In this document: positions 63,728 through 64,000 of the stretch, piece after piece | Layout: the number at the start of each line of letters is the position of its first letter | How positions within the stretch are numbered: the first letter of the stretch is position 1 | Source of the DNA: an uncultured Candidatus Binatia bacterium | Lineage (GTDB): Bacteria > Desulfobacterota > Binatia > Bin18 | NCBI GenBank assembly: GCA_965200965.1 | Contig: OZ241744.1 | Location: forward strand, 3,392,001-3,456,000 | Length of the DNA stretch: 64,000 nt | Direction of reading: 5' to 3' | Notes under the pieces: generated by a model | The model's input: only the letters and a program-made list of their open reading frames with translations | Told to the model about the DNA's origin: nothing | Database searches by the model: none | Position numbers and translations under genes: made by a program

Positions 63728-64000
63728 ATGGAAACAAAAGCCATCGCCCGCCAAGTGCGGATGTCCGCCCGCAAAGCCCGCTTGGTTGCCGACCTGATCC
63801 GCGGCAAACGGGTTGAAGAAGCACTGCTCGTTTTGCGTTTCACCCCTAAGAAGGCGGCCAGCATTCTGGCCAAGACTCTCCGTTCCGCTATTGCCAACGC
63901 CACCGATACCCAAAACGTTGATCCTGACGACTTGTACGTCAAACGGGTCTACATAGACGGCGGCGCTACGCTGAAACGTTTTCGGCCACGGGCCCATGGG
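63728..64000 (+). CDS. rplV: 50S ribosomal protein L22 (runs off window end)
   Basis: [27 protein letters not shown]...SAIANA...[10 protein letters not shown]. Confidence 0.95.
   Translation, partial: METKAIARQVRMSARKARLVADLIRGKRVEEALLVLRFTPKKAASILAKTLRSAIANATDTQNVDPDDLYVKRVYIDGGATLKRFRPRAHG

Overview
GC-rich bacterial chromosome segment. The gene content suggests a deltaproteobacteria-like lineage, possibly Ca. Binatia (inference only). 1-17.7 kb is an accessory/metabolic region. It holds the 3' end of a XoxF-type PQQ dehydrogenase followed by a XoxJ-cytochrome c fusion, GST, a secreted YD-repeat protein, aldolase/LLM/Adc genes, sppA, a LigA/LigB-type dioxygenase pair (LigB frameshifted), a DMT transporter, a tandem array of secreted proteins sharing a repeated ~130-aa C-terminal domain, a crotonase, a VOC extradiol dioxygenase and an aldo-keto reductase. 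17.7-34 kb is an Fe-S biogenesis cluster (mrp, DUF971, mrp, fdx, FNR-like, iscU, Rrf2) running into an 11-subunit complex I-like operon with no nuoEFG and two nuoB copies; two IscR-like operator/promoters were found in it. 34-64 kb is core housekeeping: 12 tRNAs, tig-clpP-clpX-lon, rplM-rpsI, lptFG, rlmB, tuf-secE-nusG-rplKAJL-rpoBC-rpsLG-tuf and the start of the S10 operon. The most striking features are a ~195-aa in-frame tandem-repeat insertion in the SI3/trigger-loop region of RpoC, the modular secreted-protein array with mosaic repeat copies, the Fe-S/complex I module, and the absence of fusA from the str operon.
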